From contig NIVC01000273.1 in NCBI GenBank assembly GCA_002269645.1, positions 124,001 to 188,000 on the forward strand: a stretch of DNA of 64,000 bases, read 5' to 3'. The stretch is from Macrostomum lignano. Taxonomy: Eukaryota. The translations under genes were made by a program, and so were the position numbers. The notes beneath the pieces were generated by a model that had not been told where the DNA came from, searched no databases, and was given only the letters and a program-made list of their open reading frames with translations. This document shows positions 60,412-64,000 of this stretch, piece after piece; the first letter of the stretch is position 1; the number at the start of each line of letters is the position of its first letter.

Positions 60412-61077
60412 TTACAAATTACAAAAATACCCGGTTGAAAGATCTGTTTTCTTTTTGATAATTTCATCTGCAGTATTGACCGGACGAGTAGTAGATTCTG
60501 CTTCATCAATAGCAATGTCACGAAGATTGAGTGTTCTCTCCAGACGATTAAGCCTCCTTAGTATTTTACCCCAAGAGCTATACATTCCGTTTAGATAGCT
60601 ACTGTGTGATACATCGTTTCTCTTTAATGCTTCAAGTTTTTCTTTAATTCTATCATGCAATGCTGTTGACTGGTTCATGAACTCTTCTAAATTATTCACT
60701 TTAGCTGTGTTTGTGAAAACTCCTCCTTCAAGAATGCGCATCCGTCTATCAGTGGAATTTTCCAGAAGATTAACTGATGATCTCAAGCCGTTGATTAGCG
60801 AGACTATCGAAGTTATTTCTGACCTTAGTTCATTAGTTGCGTTTAACAACGGCACATAAAGCTTATCACTTTCAAACTTCTGCCTAGCTACTTTAAGCCT
60901 GAGATCTTCCATGTTTATTTGCAACTGGTGCATGGAGCGCTCTAATTGTTTCAGTCTGTTTTTATTCAGTTTGATCTCTGGGATCTCTTCATCAGTGTTA
61001 ATGTAGCGCTTATCAAGGAAGGAAGTTGTGAGAGTGCTGTTGCCTGTAGTTGACTCACCTGCAAAATTAATAGACAT
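60412..61077 (-). CDS. Coiled-coil protein, 221 aa
   Basis: Heptad-rich; N-terminal DKRYIN motif shared with the 49347 fibre-like ORF. Confidence 0.55.
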   Translation of the reverse strand: MSINFAGESTTGNSTLTTSFLDKRYINTDEEIPEIKLNKNRLKQLERSMHQLQINMEDLRLKVARQKFESDKLYVPLLNATNELRSEITSIVSLINGLRSSVNLLENSTDRRMRILEGGVFTNTAKVNNLEEFMNQSTALHDRIKEKLEALKRNDVSHSSYLNGMYSSWGKILRRLNRLERTLNLRDIAIDEAESTTRPVNTADEIIKKKTDLSTGYFCNL

Positions 61078-61093
61078 TTTTTTAAATAAAAAA

Positions 61094-61894
61094 TTAAAGT
61101 AAAATTCTTTTCTCCTTATTAATCATGACAAACTGATAGGGTTGGTTCCACTTTTCATAGCATATGTTAACAAATTCCTCCTGTGATATTGTTCTGTTAG
61201 AGTTCTTAGCTGGATATGTAATGTGAGCTGGGGCAATGACCTCATTATAAAATCGTTTCAGTCGATCCTGTGGTATGGTTGGGAAAAGGAGAATCAAATT
61301 ACAGTTACCTCTAATTGTTTTATTTGGCAGTTCAAACCAGTTTTGGGCAATGTAAATAACATTGCAGTTATTATGTCTACCCCGGGTGAAATAATTTTCT
61401 ATCTGTTTCTGGGGACCGGTCATGCAGTCATCAAAGACAATCAGGTGCTTTCTCCCCTTTTCTAGTTCATCAGGTTGAGGTAAGAGTTTAGTTTTAGGAT
61501 CTATCTGTGGATCTCCATAAGTGAAAACTTTAATGTTTTGCCATTTTTCATTGTCTGGGATGTGCTTTGCGTATTCAGTGGCTACAACTTCCGGGTTGCT
61601 GTTGAGGTCTTTTTGATGTCTAAAACATTGAATAATATCTTCCTTGTTGAGTTTGTTTTGTAGGCCCGCTACTAGCATTTTATACTCATCTTGATACAGA
61701 GTGGGTGAATAGATGTGTAGTGTGTCATAATCGAGGAATCCAGGTCTGAGGAGCATGTTAAAAACTCTGAAGGTTTTCCCTGACCCAGATGAGCCAACAA
61801 CAATGCATCGGAAGTGCCCTGGAATTATCTCGTTGTGAGCAAATTTTATCTGATTGCGTGTCCAGTGGGGATGAAAGTCGTTTGTGAAGTCCAT
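61094..61894 (-). CDS. A32/FtsK-like packaging ATPase (M4), 266 aa
   Basis: GSSGSGKT, IVFDD, RGRHNNC...IAQ, IRGN. Confidence 0.92.
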   Translation of the reverse strand: MDFTNDFHPHWTRNQIKFAHNEIIPGHFRCIVVGSSGSGKTFRVFNMLLRPGFLDYDTLHIYSPTLYQDEYKMLVAGLQNKLNKEDIIQCFRHQKDLNSNPEVVATEYAKHIPDNEKWQNIKVFTYGDPQIDPKTKLLPQPDELEKGRKHLIVFDDCMTGPQKQIENYFTRGRHNNCNVIYIAQNWFELPNKTIRGNCNLILLFPTIPQDRLKRFYNEVIAPAHITYPAKNSNRTISQEEFVNICYEKWNQPYQFVMINKEKRILL

Positions 61895-62078
61895 TTTTTA
61901 TGTAAAAAAACTTTTTCTTTTTAAAATTGTGTATTTAAGACGCGTGTGTCTTTTTTCGGGATGTGTATGTGTGTGTCTCTTTGCGGGATGTGTGTGTCTT
62001 TTTTTTCGGGTTGTGTGTCGTTTTTTTTCTACTAGTCCTACATCCGACTAGTCCTACACCCTCACACCTCTTTTACCG

Positions 62079-62490
62079 TCAGGGTGCACCAAATTGGTCA
62101 AATTTAAAACCGCCTCCTTTCTTATATTCAGCTCTCATCTTTGCGTAGATGGCTGGATCGACACTATCTGCACTCGGTGCAAGGGGTTGAATATCTGGTA
62201 TTGATTTCCGGGTTTCATGAACCGTATCTTTAATCTTTTTGGCTGCTGTGGCTACACTACCGGCCGCTTCGGCAACGTTCTTGATGTTCTCTTTGTTCTC
62301 TCCAATGACCTTAAAAATCTTGGCCCCTTGAGCGATCAAATCGGCAAGACGTTCCCAGAACGTTCTTTTCTTGGATAGTGGCCTGCAGGGAAAAGTCCAG
62401 ATCCGCGTTTAATGAGATTAAGTTCCTCTTTGTCGTAGTATTTGTCAATGTCTTTTTCGAAAATAATTGGCATCTTTTTAAATAGAAATT
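62079..62490 (-). pseudogene. Small amphipathic-helix protein, frameshifted (ORF calls 62336 and 62079)
   Basis: KRGSG-LF...IAQGAKIFKVIGENKENIKNVAEAAGSVATAAKKI, similar to 44322-44743. Confidence 0.5.
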
Positions 62491-62499
62491 TATTTTTTG

Positions 62500-63330
62500 T
62501 TAAACCGTGAAAGCAAAAGTTCTCTTGCTCTTTTATCGATATATTTTCTCTCAAGCATTTTGTCCAGGATGTTGACAAATTCTTTTCTATTCTCGTCTTT
62601 CATTCCGGTCTTTGCCGCTCCTAGAAGAACAGCTAACCGCTGGTAGAATTCAGGCATGCCTTTTCGGAAGAGCTTGGAGGTGATTCGAATGATTGGTCAG
62701 AGGAGGAACTGTCATGTGGCGCTTGTCTTTGTTGAGGTGTGAATACTCTGTCATTGATTCGCTTCATTCGTTCTGGGGAGAGCCGCTCTAATTGTCGCCA
62801 TTCATCTGGGCGCTGGTTTCTGTACTGGGAAATCTCATTTGGCCCTGATTTTTCAAGCGCTTCTAGTACTTGTTCGGGTGTGATTTGTTGCTGTGGCGGT
62901 GGAGGTTGTTGTGGTTGTGGTTGTGTTTGTGGTTGCTGCTGTTGTGGTTGTTGTAGTTGTTGTTTTGGTTGCTGCTGTTGTGGTTGCTGCTGTTGTGGCT
63001 GTGGTTGTTGTGGTTGTTGTGGTTGTTGTCTTATGACCTCTTCTTGATTCGGCAAACCAAACCATTGTTGAAAGTATTTGTATTTTTTAAACCTGTTCAA
63101 GACAATCCCGTTTTCATGTAAAATTTTCAAAACACCGTCGTTCTTGAGCATATCTATATCCCTCTCTAAAGCGAAGGTAACAAGATCTTTGTAATTTTCG
63201 AACTGCTTTTTAGACGTTTTCTCTAGATTTTTAGTCATGTAGTCGAGTAAACTTTGAGTGAAGGGGATTCGTTTAGTTTCTGCGCCTTTATTGATTAAAA
63301 TATTTTCCTTTGTCACTTCAATTTTGTAAT
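62500..63330 (-). pseudogene. PZ/'GasderminX'-like protein with a Q/P-rich insert; 5'-truncated, frameshift near 62640
   Basis: Shifted frame gives RLAVLLGAAKTGMKDENRKEFVNILDKMLERKYI; CAA/CAG/CCA repeat at ~62895-63030. Confidence 0.55.
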
Positions 63331-64000
63331 AAGAAGGAGATATCAATGACAGTGGTTATAAAAATAGGAAGAAGAGATACAACTATGCATTGCAAGGTGC
63401 TGATGATGCTGCTAAGAACCCGCAGTATCGGTCTGTTGATGTATTTGTGCCACTTAGATTTATGAGTGGATTCTGTAATACATTTAATCGACTGACTAAT
63501 AACTTTAGCTACACATTAAGACTGACTAGAGATGATCGCAGTAGAGTGTTGTGGACTGGGGCGGACCACACCGGGATGGCTGTGAAGCTAACCGGAATCG
63601 AGCTGTATTTGGAAGTCATTGAGCCAAAGACTGCACTAAAAGCTGATTATCTTAAGGCAATAGAGAAGGACATTGATGTTGCATACACGGCCTACATGTG
63701 TCGAGATGAGCGAAACGAAACTAGAACAAACATCTGCATCAAAGAGGGATCATGCAGCAATCCAAGGTATATCATTATTAACATGAGAAACCCAAATAGC
63801 ATTATACGCTACATGCATGGAGACGTGAGGTCCATTCAACATGAAATCAGTGATAATCTTTACCCTGCACTGCCACAAAATGGAGATTTCAGTCAGAACT
63901 AGATTTGAAAATTTTACAGCGAGTTGGTCGACTTGGCTGTGAAAGAGAACAATGGAATTGCTATCACTGCTCTTCAATATGGAACTCTATATCCGATGTT
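63331..64000 (+). pseudogene. Second, 5'-truncated copy of the M4 major capsid gene; runs off the window
   Basis: Near-identical reverse complement of ~16065-16731; own stop codons at 63900-63902 and 63906-63908. Confidence 0.9.

Noticed and set aside
1-64000. tRNA, rRNA or host protein-coding genes
   Set aside because: None recognisable by eye; the TBP-like ORF is intronless, highly diverged and embedded in a viral gene string.

Overview
Repeat-dense eukaryotic (probably invertebrate animal) DNA with no recognisable host gene. About 56 kb (8.3-64 kb) is a nested, rearranged pile-up of at least three distinct Maverick/Polinton (adintovirus-like) lineages. Together they give 4 protein-primed PolB segments, 4 major capsid genes, 2 minor capsid genes, 3 packaging ATPases, 3 adenain-type proteases, 2 integrases and 2 parvovirus-type PLA2 domains. 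Accessory genes include a TBP-like gene, a DEDD-like nuclease and a fibre-like protein with two discoidin-like domains. Inserted into them are: an intact 4.5-kb Ty3/gypsy (Mag-type) LTR element with a 5-bp TSD; an 11-kb head-to-tail train of three Ingi-like non-LTR retrotransposons sitting in the CAG/CAA polyQ tract at the end of one polB; a piggyBac with an intact transposase ORF; and small MITEs. The two long non-LTR elements each start with a candidate HDV-like ribozyme, then a 2A/StopGo motif and 3 or 5 PHD-like fingers fused to APE-RT-RNase H. The first 7.6 kb is a satellite-armed foldback structure with Ginger1-like inserts and a 3-kb 34/36-bp minisatellite. All family assignments come from motif recognition by eye; no database search or folding program was run. 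Labels M2, M3 and M4 are my own working names for the three Maverick lineages.
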